DNA of 64,000 bases from Myxococcota bacterium (lineage in GTDB: Bacteria > Myxococcota_A > Polyangia > Nannocystales > Nannocystaceae): NCBI GenBank assembly GCA_039028615.1, contig JBCCHT010000028.1, forward strand, positions 32,001 to 96,000. The letters run 5' to 3'. Below the pieces are notes generated by a model, which did not search any database, had not been told where the DNA came from, and worked only from the letters and a program-made list of their open reading frames with translations. Every line of letters starts with the position of its first letter. Positions within the stretch are counted from its first letter, which is position 1. The translations under genes and the position numbers were made by a program. Below are positions 20,832-29,217 of this stretch, in pieces.

Positions 20832-21293
20832 ATGCTGCCGCGGATGCCTTCGCGACGGTTCGGAAATACCCTCGGTCTCTGCCTGGTCGTGGGCGCGTGC
20901 TCGTCGAATCCGCCGGCGCCCGCCGAGACGCCCCCCTCGGGCAAACCCGCCGCGCCGGCCGATGCGGCCCAACCGGCCCCCCCGACCAAAACGGGCCTCC
21001 CGGATCGAGATCCCGCGCTGGCCCATCGCCTCGTCGAGCAAGAGGGCGCGTTGCTGCTCGACGTACGCAGCCCCGACGAGTTCGCCGCGGGGCACATCGA
21101 GGGCGCCCGCAACATCCCCCACGACCAGCTGCGATCGCGGCTGGATGAAGTCCGAACGCTCGTGGAGGGCAACCTGAAGGCCCCCATCGTGGTGTACTGC
21201 CGCTCCGGTCGGCGGTCCGGGATCGCCAAGGAAACCCTGCTGTCCGCCGACTTCGAGCAGGTCACCAACCTCGGCGGCATGAACGACTGGTAG
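20832..21293 (+). CDS. Rhodanese-like domain lipoprotein
   Basis: VGAC lipobox, LLDVRSPDEFAAGHIEGA, YCRSGRRS, NLGG. Confidence 0.9.
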   Translation: MLPRMPSRRFGNTLGLCLVVGACSSNPPAPAETPPSGKPAAPADAAQPAPPTKTGLPDRDPALAHRLVEQEGALLLDVRSPDEFAAGHIEGARNIPHDQLRSRLDEVRTLVEGNLKAPIVVYCRSGRRSGIAKETLLSADFEQVTNLGGMNDW

Positions 21294-21355
21294 CCCTCCC
21301 ACGGGCCGCCCCTCCCGTGGCATCATTGCCGCCGTCCCCGCCCGCTCCCTTCGGT

Positions 21356-22069
21356 ATGGACCCTTACGGCCAACAACAAGCGCAGCAGATCTTCTGCCCC
21401 CAATGTGGTGCGCCCGCGCCCTTCCGCGGCGCCGCCGTCTCGCTCGTCTGCGAGTTCTGCGACAGCACCATCGTGCGCACCGGGGTCGACATCCGCCTCG
21501 TGGGCAAGGTGTCGGCGCTGGTCGACAACGGCTCGCCCATCATCCTCGGCAGCCGCGGGCGCTTCCACGGCACGCCCTTCGAGGTCGCGGGGCGGCTCCA
21601 GGTCGGCTACGGCCGCGGCACCTGGAACGAGTGGTTCGTGAACTTCGCCGACGGCACCATCGGCTGGCTGGTCGACGCCCAGGGCAAGTTCAGCATCGTG
21701 CGCCCCAAGGACCAGAGCGTCGTCGCGGGCAAGGTGCCGCCCTATACCGCGCTCGACGTGAACATGGTGCTCAACATCGACGGCATCGAGGCCGTGGTGG
21801 TCGACCGCCGCGGGGCCCACTACAAGGGCGCCGAGGGCATCCTGCCCTTTGAGGCCGAGCCCGGCATGATCTTCTACGGCGTCGACCTGCGCGGCTGGAA
21901 CGGCGAGTTCATGTCGCTCGACTACGGCCACGACACCAGCCACGCCAGCCCGGTCCCGTACATGGGCGAGGCCATTCAGCTCTCCGAAGTCGGTCTCCAC
22001 CCCCTGCGCCAGTTCGAAGGCTGGCGCTTCACCGGTTGGCAAGGTCAGCCCGGCCAAGGCCCCGCCTGA
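21356..22069 (+). CDS. Zinc-ribbon DUF4178 protein
   Basis: CPQCGAP...CEFC, ILGSRGRF.G..F.V.GR, GTWNEW, AEGILPF, LDY. Confidence 0.8.
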   Translation: MDPYGQQQAQQIFCPQCGAPAPFRGAAVSLVCEFCDSTIVRTGVDIRLVGKVSALVDNGSPIILGSRGRFHGTPFEVAGRLQVGYGRGTWNEWFVNFADGTIGWLVDAQGKFSIVRPKDQSVVAGKVPPYTALDVNMVLNIDGIEAVVVDRRGAHYKGAEGILPFEAEPGMIFYGVDLRGWNGEFMSLDYGHDTSHASPVPYMGEAIQLSEVGLHPLRQFEGWRFTGWQGQPGQGPA

Positions 22070-22070
22070 C

Positions 22071-23396
22071 ATGCAACAAGCTCCGACCAAGCTCTTTCGC
22101 GAGCCGGCCCGCACCGAGCCGGTGCAGTGCCCCGCCTGCGGTGGACCCATCACCCTCAAGGGCTTCGGGGCCGTAGAGCAGGTCTCTTGCCCCTATTGCG
22201 GCTCGGAGCTGTCGCCCCAAGACAGCGGGCCGCTGCAGATCCTCCAGCAGTACCAGCGACAGCGCCAGACGTCGGTCCTGCCCCTTTACGCCCGCGGCAC
22301 CCTCGACGGCCACGAGTGGGAGATCATCGGCATCGTCTGGCGGCAGTGCGAGGCCGACGGCATCGTCTACCCCTGGCAGGAGTTCCTGCTCTACAACCCG
22401 TACCAGGGCTATCGCTGGCTCGTGCACCAGATGACCGACGGGTACTGGAGCATCGGCGGGGGCCTCGACGGCGCGCCCAAGTCCAAGCTCTCGGGTCACA
22501 AGTGCGTCGAGTTCAAGAAGAAGACGTACAAGCACTTCCAGACCTCGGTCGCCCAGGTCATCTACGTCGAGGGTGAGTTCCCCTGGCAGGTGCGTCACGG
22601 CGACCACGCCGTCGCGCACGACTACATCCTGCCGCCCGAGGGCATCTCCATCGAGGAGCAGAACACCGAGGACGGTGGCTCCGACGTCAACTTCACCAGC
22701 GCGCGGCACATCGAGGCCTCCGAGGTGTGGAAGGCGTTCAACATGGACGGCTCGCCCCCGCCCCAGGTCGGCGTGGGCAACCTCAAGCCCAACCCGTGGG
22801 TCGCCAACCGCAAGCTGGTGTGGCTGTCCTTTTTGGTGCTGATGGCGCTGTACGTCCTGTCCGCGTTCCTCTACATCAACGGGCGCGACACCAAGGTGGT
22901 GTTCGAGAACCGCGAGCTGGGCCTGCAGCCCTTCTCCCAAGAGATCACCATCGGCGAGAAGGGCAAGAAGACCACGGTCGACCTGCGCTTCTCCGCGCGG
23001 CCGCTGTCCAACCAGTGGGCCTACGTCGACGTCATGTTGATCTCGCAGGCCTCCGAGAAGGCCATCGGCATCGGGGCGACGGCCGAAGACTGGCACGGGG
23101 TGTCGGGCGGCGAGTCCTGGCGCGAGGGCAGCTCCACGCAGACCATCACCGTGGGCGGCGTGGAGGGAGGCACCTACCTCCTGCAGATCGTGCCTCAGGC
23201 CGGCGCCGCCAAGGGCAAGCCCGCCCCCACCGACCTCAAGCTCTCGGTCCGCCTACGCCAAGACGTAGTGCTGGTGCGGTACCTGGTGGTACCGCTCATC
23301 ATCATCTTCCTGTTCCCCTTCCTCAACTTCCTGTTCGGTCGCATCTTCGAGGGGCGGCGCTGGGTCAACAGCGACTACGCCCCCTCTTCGGGCTGA
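22071..23396 (+). CDS. Zinc-ribbon DUF4178 membrane protein
   Basis: CPACGG...CPYCG, WQEFLLYNPYQGYRWL, VEGEFPWQV, two TM segments, C-terminal FEGRRWVNSDY. Confidence 0.85.
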   Translation: MQQAPTKLFREPARTEPVQCPACGGPITLKGFGAVEQVSCPYCGSELSPQDSGPLQILQQYQRQRQTSVLPLYARGTLDGHEWEIIGIVWRQCEADGIVYPWQEFLLYNPYQGYRWLVHQMTDGYWSIGGGLDGAPKSKLSGHKCVEFKKKTYKHFQTSVAQVIYVEGEFPWQVRHGDHAVAHDYILPPEGISIEEQNTEDGGSDVNFTSARHIEASEVWKAFNMDGSPPPQVGVGNLKPNPWVANRKLVWLSFLVLMALYVLSAFLYINGRDTKVVFENRELGLQPFSQEITIGEKGKKTTVDLRFSARPLSNQWAYVDVMLISQASEKAIGIGATAEDWHGVSGGESWREGSSTQTITVGGVEGGTYLLQIVPQAGAAKGKPAPTDLKLSVRLRQDVVLVRYLVVPLIIIFLFPFLNFLFGRIFEGRRWVNSDYAPSSG

Positions 23397-23418
23397 CCCA
23401 CCTTCAGAGGCATCAACC

Positions 23419-23625
23419 ATGTTCAAGATCGCATACTGGGTGCTCGGAGCCAGCTCGATGGGGCTGCTGATGTTCGATGCGCCCTCCGGATCCCTACTCA
23501 CCAGCGAACCCGAACGAGGCAAGGTCACCATGAGCAAGCCCGACAAGAATGGTGAGTCCAAACGCACCGTCCGCGGAGGCCCGACCTTCATCTGGCTCGG
23601 CGGCGGATACCACGGAGGCAAGTGA
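23419..23625 (+). CDS. Small membrane-anchored protein ending GGGYHGGK
   Basis: RBS GAGG, hydrophobic N-terminus, Gly-rich tail; TGATG overlap with the next gene. Confidence 0.75.
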   Translation: MFKIAYWVLGASSMGLLMFDAPSGSLLTSEPERGKVTMSKPDKNGESKRTVRGGPTFIWLGGGYHGGK

Positions 23626-23879
23626 TGAACGCGCTAATTTCCAACCTTCCCCTGCCCCCGCTCGCTGCTCTGGTCGAACTCGAGAGCATTCTCGGGGCGC
23701 TCATCTACTCGCTCATCGGCGTCGTTCTCTTCGCGCTGGCGTTCGTCGTCATCGTGCAAATTTCGCCCTTCTCGATCCGCAAGGAGATCGAGGAGGACCA
23801 GAACACCTCGCTGGGCATCATCATCGGCGCCGTGATCATCGGCCTGTCGATGATCATCAGCGCGGCCGTCTCGGGCTGA
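23625..23879 (+). CDS. DUF350 membrane protein
   Basis: Two TMs flanking SPFSIRKEIEEDQNTSLGII. Confidence 0.88.
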   Translation: MNALISNLPLPPLAALVELESILGALIYSLIGVVLFALAFVVIVQISPFSIRKEIEEDQNTSLGIIIGAVIIGLSMIISAAVSG

Positions 23880-23891
23880 CCCCGCCCCCTC

Positions 23892-25685
23892 GTGGCCGAG
23901 CTGCCGCCCAACGCCGAGCCCTCGGTCGACGACGACCCGCCGTCGGCTCGGAGCCCGGGCGACGCGTCGGCTCGTGATGCCGTGACCGAAGAACCCGAAT
24001 CGACGACGGCCGAGCCCCGCTCGGCCGCGCCTGATCAATCCGAAGACGAACCCGCCGCCCCGCCGTCGGGCGACGCTGTCGCGCCCCCGGGCGACGCCAT
24101 CGGCTCGGCGCCCACCGCCGCCGCCGTTCGTGACGCCCGCAGCCGACTGCTGCTGCTGTCGGTCATGGTCGTGGCCACCTGCGGGCTCGTCTACGAGCTC
24201 ATCAGCGCGACCATGGCCTCGTACCTGCTGGGCGACTCGGTCACCCAGTGGAGCCTGGTCATCGGCGTGTACCTGTCGGCGATGGGCCTCGGCTCGTGGC
24301 TGAGCAAGTTCGTCGTTCGCAAGCTCCACACCCGCTTCATCCACATCCAGCTCGTCATCGCCATCGTCGGGGGCTACTCGGCGACCGCGATGTTCTACGG
24401 CTTCGCGCACCTGGACTCGGTGCGGCCGCTGCTGTTCGGCATCCTGGTGCTGGTGGGCACCTTGGTGGGCCTGGAGATCCCGCTGCTGATGCGAATCATG
24501 CAGCAGGGCCAGGAGCTCAAGGACCTCGTCGCTCGGGTGCTGGCCTTCGACTATCTGGGCTCGCTGGCGGCCTCGGTGCTCTTTCCGCTCGCGCTGCTGC
24601 CCTACCTCGGCCTCGTCCGCACCAGCCTGCTCTTCGGGCTGCTCAACGGCGGCGTCGCGCTGTGGTCGGTGCACGCTTTCCGCTCCGACCTGCCTCGCCG
24701 CCACACGATGCGCGCCCAGGCCCTGGTCGTGATCGCGTTCCTCGGCGTGGGCATGTGGGGAGGCAAGCGCCTCGAGAACTTCGGCGAGGCCTCGCTATAC
24801 GACTTCCCCGTCATCTTCTCGCAGAAGACGCCCTACCAGCGCCTGACGATCACCCGCTTCCGCAACGACGTCCGGCTCTACATCGACGGCAACCTGCAGT
24901 TCTCGAGCGTCGACGAGCATCGCTACCACGAGGCGCTCGTGCACCCGGTGATGGCCGCGGCCGCCGATGCTCGCCCCAACCCCGGCCCCAAGGGTCGGCG
25001 CGTGCTCGTGCTCGGGGGCGGCGACGGTCTGGCGCTGCGCGAGATCCTGGCCCACGACGACGTCGCCTCCATCGATCTGGTCGACCTCGATCCGGCCATG
25101 ACCGAGCTGTTCTCCAGCCACCCCATGCTCCGCGAGCTCAACGGCGACTCGCTCACCGATCCGCGGGTGCGGGTGCACAACGCCGACGCCATGGAGTGGC
25201 TGGTCGAGCACGAGCGGCGCGGCGAAGACCCCTTCGACGTCGCGATCATCGACCTGCCCGACCCCAACAACTTCTCGCTGGGCAAGCTGTACACCCGGTC
25301 GTTCTATCGGCTCGTGGGGCAGCGTCTGCACCCCGATGGGGTGGCCGTGGTGCAGGCGACCTCGCCCTATCTCGCGCCGCGCTCGTTCTGGTGCATCGTG
25401 GCCACGCTGGACTCGGCCGGGCTCAACCCCCACCCGTTCCACGCGCTGGTACCGAGCTTCGGGGACTGGGGCTTCGTGCTCGTCTCCCCCGTGCCTCGCG
25501 ACCCGCCCAAGACGCTCAATCCCAAGGTCCCGCTGCGCTTCCTCGACGACGCCACCATGTCGACGCTGTTCGTGTTCCCGGCCGACCAACGAGCGCCCGA
25601 GGTCGAGGTCAACCGCCTCAACAACCAGATGCTCGTGCACTACTACGAGTCGGACCTCATCGACCCCCTGGGCCGCAAGAGCTGA
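23892..25685 (+). CDS. speE: Membrane-fused polyamine aminopropyltransferase (spermidine synthase-like)
   Basis: ATCGLVYEL TM domain; LYIDGNLQFSSVDEHRYHEALVHP, LGGGDG, DLPDP, PSFGDWGF. Confidence 0.9.
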   Translation: MAELPPNAEPSVDDDPPSARSPGDASARDAVTEEPESTTAEPRSAAPDQSEDEPAAPPSGDAVAPPGDAIGSAPTAAAVRDARSRLLLLSVMVVATCGLVYELISATMASYLLGDSVTQWSLVIGVYLSAMGLGSWLSKFVVRKLHTRFIHIQLVIAIVGGYSATAMFYGFAHLDSVRPLLFGILVLVGTLVGLEIPLLMRIMQQGQELKDLVARVLAFDYLGSLAASVLFPLALLPYLGLVRTSLLFGLLNGGVALWSVHAFRSDLPRRHTMRAQALVVIAFLGVGMWGGKRLENFGEASLYDFPVIFSQKTPYQRLTITRFRNDVRLYIDGNLQFSSVDEHRYHEALVHPVMAAAADARPNPGPKGRRVLVLGGGDGLALREILAHDDVASIDLVDLDPAMTELFSSHPMLRELNGDSLTDPRVRVHNADAMEWLVEHERRGEDPFDVAIIDLPDPNNFSLGKLYTRSFYRLVGQRLHPDGVAVVQATSPYLAPRSFWCIVATLDSAGLNPHPFHALVPSFGDWGFVLVSPVPRDPPKTLNPKVPLRFLDDATMSTLFVFPADQRAPEVEVNRLNNQMLVHYYESDLIDPLGRKS

Positions 25686-25695
25686 GGACGCCGCC

Positions 25696-26529
25696 ATGCA
25701 GGGTCGTCCGCCGATCGCCGCTCTGCGCCCCTTCGTGACGCAGCTGTGGGCGACCGACACGACGGCGAGCCCGGGCGCGGTGGGACGCGAGCGCGTGTTG
25801 CCGACCGGTGCCGTGCACATCGCCGTTCGGTTGAGCGGGGCGCCGCTACGGACCCTCGCCCACGAGCGCGACCTCATCGGGCGCGAGCACGCTCCGGCGG
25901 TGATCGGGGGCCCTCGCATGCAGCCCTACTTGCGCCGGACGGGGGAGCCCTGCGCTTCGGTGGGCGCCATGCTGCGACCCGGTGCGGCCGAGTTCTTGGT
26001 CGGAGCGCCCGCCGAAGCCTTCGTCGACCAGCACTGTGCGCTGATCGACCTGTGGGGCGACGAGGCCACCGTGCTGCGCCAGCGACTGGTGGAGCAGCCG
26101 ACCGCCGCGGCCAGGCTCCGAGTCTTCGAGGCCGCCTTGATGGAGCGGCTCGCCCGACCGTCGAAGGCCTCCGTGCGCGCCCCTCGAGGCCTGCACCCCG
26201 CCGTCGCGCATGCGCTCGGCCGCTTCGCCACCGCCCCGGTCGGCGTGGGCACGGTGGTCGACGAGCTCGGCCTCAGCCACCGTCGTTTCGTCTCGCTATT
26301 TCGCCGCACGGTCGGGCTGCCCCCCAAGCACCACTGCCGCGTGCTCCGGTTCCGCCGCATGCTGCCGCTGGCCGCCGACCCGCAGCTGCCCTGGGTCGAC
26401 GCCGCGCTGCGGGGTGGCTACGCCGATCAGCCCCATCTCAGCCGCGAATTTCGGGCCCTGGCCGGCATGCGGCCCAGCGAGTATCGAGCCCGCGCTCCGC
26501 GGTGGACCGGTCACGTCCCGCTCGACTGA
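25696..26529 (+). CDS. AraC-family regulator (DUF6597-type)
   Basis: ERVLPTG, F...VGLPPK...RVLRF, GYADQPHLSREFRALAG. Confidence 0.88.
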   Translation: MQGRPPIAALRPFVTQLWATDTTASPGAVGRERVLPTGAVHIAVRLSGAPLRTLAHERDLIGREHAPAVIGGPRMQPYLRRTGEPCASVGAMLRPGAAEFLVGAPAEAFVDQHCALIDLWGDEATVLRQRLVEQPTAAARLRVFEAALMERLARPSKASVRAPRGLHPAVAHALGRFATAPVGVGTVVDELGLSHRRFVSLFRRTVGLPPKHHCRVLRFRRMLPLAADPQLPWVDAALRGGYADQPHLSREFRALAGMRPSEYRARAPRWTGHVPLD

Positions 26530-26596
26530 CGCGGCCTCGCGAGGGGGTTCAATTTCGTCCAAGACGCCGCCCGCCCGCGCACGGCATGCTCGGGGC

Positions 26597-27040
26597 ATGG
26601 CGATTCACGAGCTGTTCGCGTACCTCCGCGTCGACGATGCCGGGCGGGCCATCGAGTTCTACCGCGAGGCCTTCGGCGCCACCGAGAAGATGCGGCTGAC
26701 GGAGCCGAGCGGTCGCATCGGGCACGCCGAGGTCGAGTTCAACGGCCACTGCCTCATGCTCTCGGACGAGTTCCCCGAGTACGGCCTCCCCGGACCCAAG
26801 ACCCTGGGCGGCACCCCGATGAACATCCACTTGCACGTCGACGATGCCGACGCGGTGATCGAGCAGGCGGTGAAGGCCGGTGCGGAAGTGGTTCGTCCGG
26901 CGCAAGACCATTTCTACGGCGAGCGGTCGGGCACCGTTCGCGATCCCTTCGGTCACGAGTGGAACATCGGTCACAGCATCGAGGAACTCGATCAACAAGA
27001 GATGCAGGCGCGCTACACCAAGATGATGACGGGCGGCTGA
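26597..27040 (+). CDS. VOC/glyoxalase (PhnB-like) protein
   Basis: AIEFYREAFGA, GHAE, MLSDEFPE, FYGERSGTVRDPFGHEW. Confidence 0.92.
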   Translation: MAIHELFAYLRVDDAGRAIEFYREAFGATEKMRLTEPSGRIGHAEVEFNGHCLMLSDEFPEYGLPGPKTLGGTPMNIHLHVDDADAVIEQAVKAGAEVVRPAQDHFYGERSGTVRDPFGHEWNIGHSIEELDQQEMQARYTKMMTGG

Positions 27041-27261
27041 GCGCAGTCCCGCGCCGCGGCGCGCCTCCGAGCGCGCACTGCGAGCCCCGGTCCGACTCGG
27101 CGCGCGGGCAACGTTTTTCCGGCCCGCAGCCGCCTGCGCGATGAAGGGAGACTCACGGCTCGCCGCTGACCGCTCCGTACGTCTCGTCGACATCGCTCGG
27201 CCCCATGCAGTAGTCTGTTGCGCGGACGCGGAAGGGCTCATACCTCCGCGCACGGAGCATC

Positions 27262-27972
27262 GTGACCCCCATCGTCTATGCAGCGGCAGCGGGAGCCGCT
27301 CTCGGCGTTTCCCATCACCTCGGGCCTCAGTTCCTTCGCAAGCTGCAGGAGCGGAGGCTTCGCGACCTGTGCCGGGAGCAACGGTGCCTCGTCATCACCT
27401 ACGACGACGGCCCCACCCCGAGCCTCACCCCCGAGCTGCTCGCGGTGCTCGGTCGCCACGATGCGGTCGCCACCTTCTACATGCTCGGCAATCGGGTGGC
27501 GGAGCGTCGCGAGCTGTTCGAACGCATCCACGACGCAGGCCACGAGATCGGCTCGCACTCGTTCGAGCACCACAACGCGTGGAAGGTCTCGCCGTGGCGG
27601 GCCATCGAAGACCTGCGACGCGGTCACGCGGCACTTGCGCCCTGGCAAGGCGAAGGCGCGCTCTACCGTCCGCCCTTCGGCAAGCTCACGGTGCCGGCCT
27701 GGCTCGCCGTGAAGCGACAAGGCATGCGCCTCGGTTGGTGGACGCACGACAGCCGAGACAGCCACGGAACGCGGGTCGAGCCCGACGACCTGGCCCAGTC
27801 CATCGTCGACGATGGTGGCGGCGTGGTCCTCATGCACGACTTCGAAAAGCCGGGGCACACCGATTACGCAGTTGCAGCGACCGACGCGCTACTCGCGAGG
27901 GCCAAGGCGGAGGGAATCACCGTGCTCACCCAAGGGCAGTTGCTCGATCGTGAGCAAGGCCGAGGCACGTGA
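27262..27972 (+). CDS. Polysaccharide deacetylase (CE4/NodB)
   Basis: TYDDGP, ATFY, HEIGSHSFEH, YRPPFG, VLMHD; N-terminal hydrophobic anchor. Confidence 0.92.
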   Translation: MTPIVYAAAAGAALGVSHHLGPQFLRKLQERRLRDLCREQRCLVITYDDGPTPSLTPELLAVLGRHDAVATFYMLGNRVAERRELFERIHDAGHEIGSHSFEHHNAWKVSPWRAIEDLRRGHAALAPWQGEGALYRPPFGKLTVPAWLAVKRQGMRLGWWTHDSRDSHGTRVEPDDLAQSIVDDGGGVVLMHDFEKPGHTDYAVAATDALLARAKAEGITVLTQGQLLDREQGRGT

Positions 27973-28126
27973 AGATCCGGCTGCCACGGTAGCCACCACG
28001 ACTCACGCGGGGGCACGTCCAGACCCGCGCCACACCGCCTCCTGCACCTAGCCCACCCCCTTCCCCCGTGGTAGCGTGCACGCCCGCAGAAAGTGTCTGC
28101 GTGGCTACACGCAAGAGGCTCTCCGT

Positions 28127-29179
28127 ATGTCCGGGTCCCTTCGCCGCTACACCAAGCACCACGACGTCATCGGCCTGTGGCACGTGCCCAACATCAAGAT
28201 GCGGCACCCCGCGGTGGGAGCCAAGCCTTGGTACGTACGCATCAATTCCGACGGTCTGCGCGACGATCGCGACTTCCCGAAGGAAAAGCCGAAGGACAAG
28301 GTCCGCATCACGCTGCTCGGTGACTCGTTCACCTTCGGCCACAGCGTCGAGGTCCACGAGCGCTACAGCGCCAAGCTCGAGAAGCACTTCGGCGACATCG
28401 AGATTCTCAACTTCGGGCTCTGCTCGGCGGGTCTCGACCAGCACTGCCTGGTCTACGAGAACATCGCCCAGCAGTGGGAATCCGACATCTTGATGGTCAA
28501 CCCCTACCTGAACAACGTGGGTCGCTGCCAGCTGACCTACCACATGTTCCAGGGCCAACAGGGGCAGCGAAAGATGTCGGCCAAGCCCTACTTCGAGCTG
28601 CAGGGCGACGAACTCGTGCTGCGCAACGTGCCCGTGCTGCGGGAGCTCAGCACCGCCGACCAGGACCGGCTCAGCCAGGCGCAGAGCCAGCGCTCCGTCG
28701 GCCGCAACGTCGAGGCCGACCCGCAGCGCCGCGCCGTTCGCTACGCCAAGCAGCTCGTGCTCGAGCGCCAGCTCAAGTACCTGGCGATCAAGGCCTTCCC
28801 CATCCAGCCCTACCCCGAGTATCGCTCGAGCGACGCGCCCGAGTGGCGACTCGCCCGGGCCATCCTCCAGCGGCTGCGCGCCGCCTCCAAGCAAAAGGCC
28901 ATGGTCATCGCACCGATGCCGGCCTGGTCGTCCATCCTCAACCCCTCGCTCGCGACCTATCGCGAGCGTTATGCCGAGGTCCACGATCCCGCCAACGGGA
29001 TCCACGTACTCGACATCCTCCCTTACTTTCTCGAGCTGGGTTTCGCCGACCGGGTGCGCTGCATGGTGTCGACCCGCGATGCCCACTACTCGGACTTCGG
29101 CAACAGCGTCGCCGCACGCGGTGTCGCAGCCGAACTCGAGAAGACCGGGCTCCTGGACGCCGTGCGTTCCGGGGCCTGA
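28127..29179 (+). CDS. SGNH/GDSL hydrolase-fold protein, no evident signal peptide
   Basis: INSDGLRD, LGDSFTFG (nucleophile Ser), NFGLCSAG, DAHYS (DxH). Confidence 0.82.
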   Translation: MSGSLRRYTKHHDVIGLWHVPNIKMRHPAVGAKPWYVRINSDGLRDDRDFPKEKPKDKVRITLLGDSFTFGHSVEVHERYSAKLEKHFGDIEILNFGLCSAGLDQHCLVYENIAQQWESDILMVNPYLNNVGRCQLTYHMFQGQQGQRKMSAKPYFELQGDELVLRNVPVLRELSTADQDRLSQAQSQRSVGRNVEADPQRRAVRYAKQLVLERQLKYLAIKAFPIQPYPEYRSSDAPEWRLARAILQRLRAASKQKAMVIAPMPAWSSILNPSLATYRERYAEVHDPANGIHVLDILPYFLELGFADRVRCMVSTRDAHYSDFGNSVAARGVAAELEKTGLLDAVRSGA

Positions 29180-29217
29180 GCGCCAACCAACCGTAGGTCC
29201 CAAGGAGCGCCGTTTTC

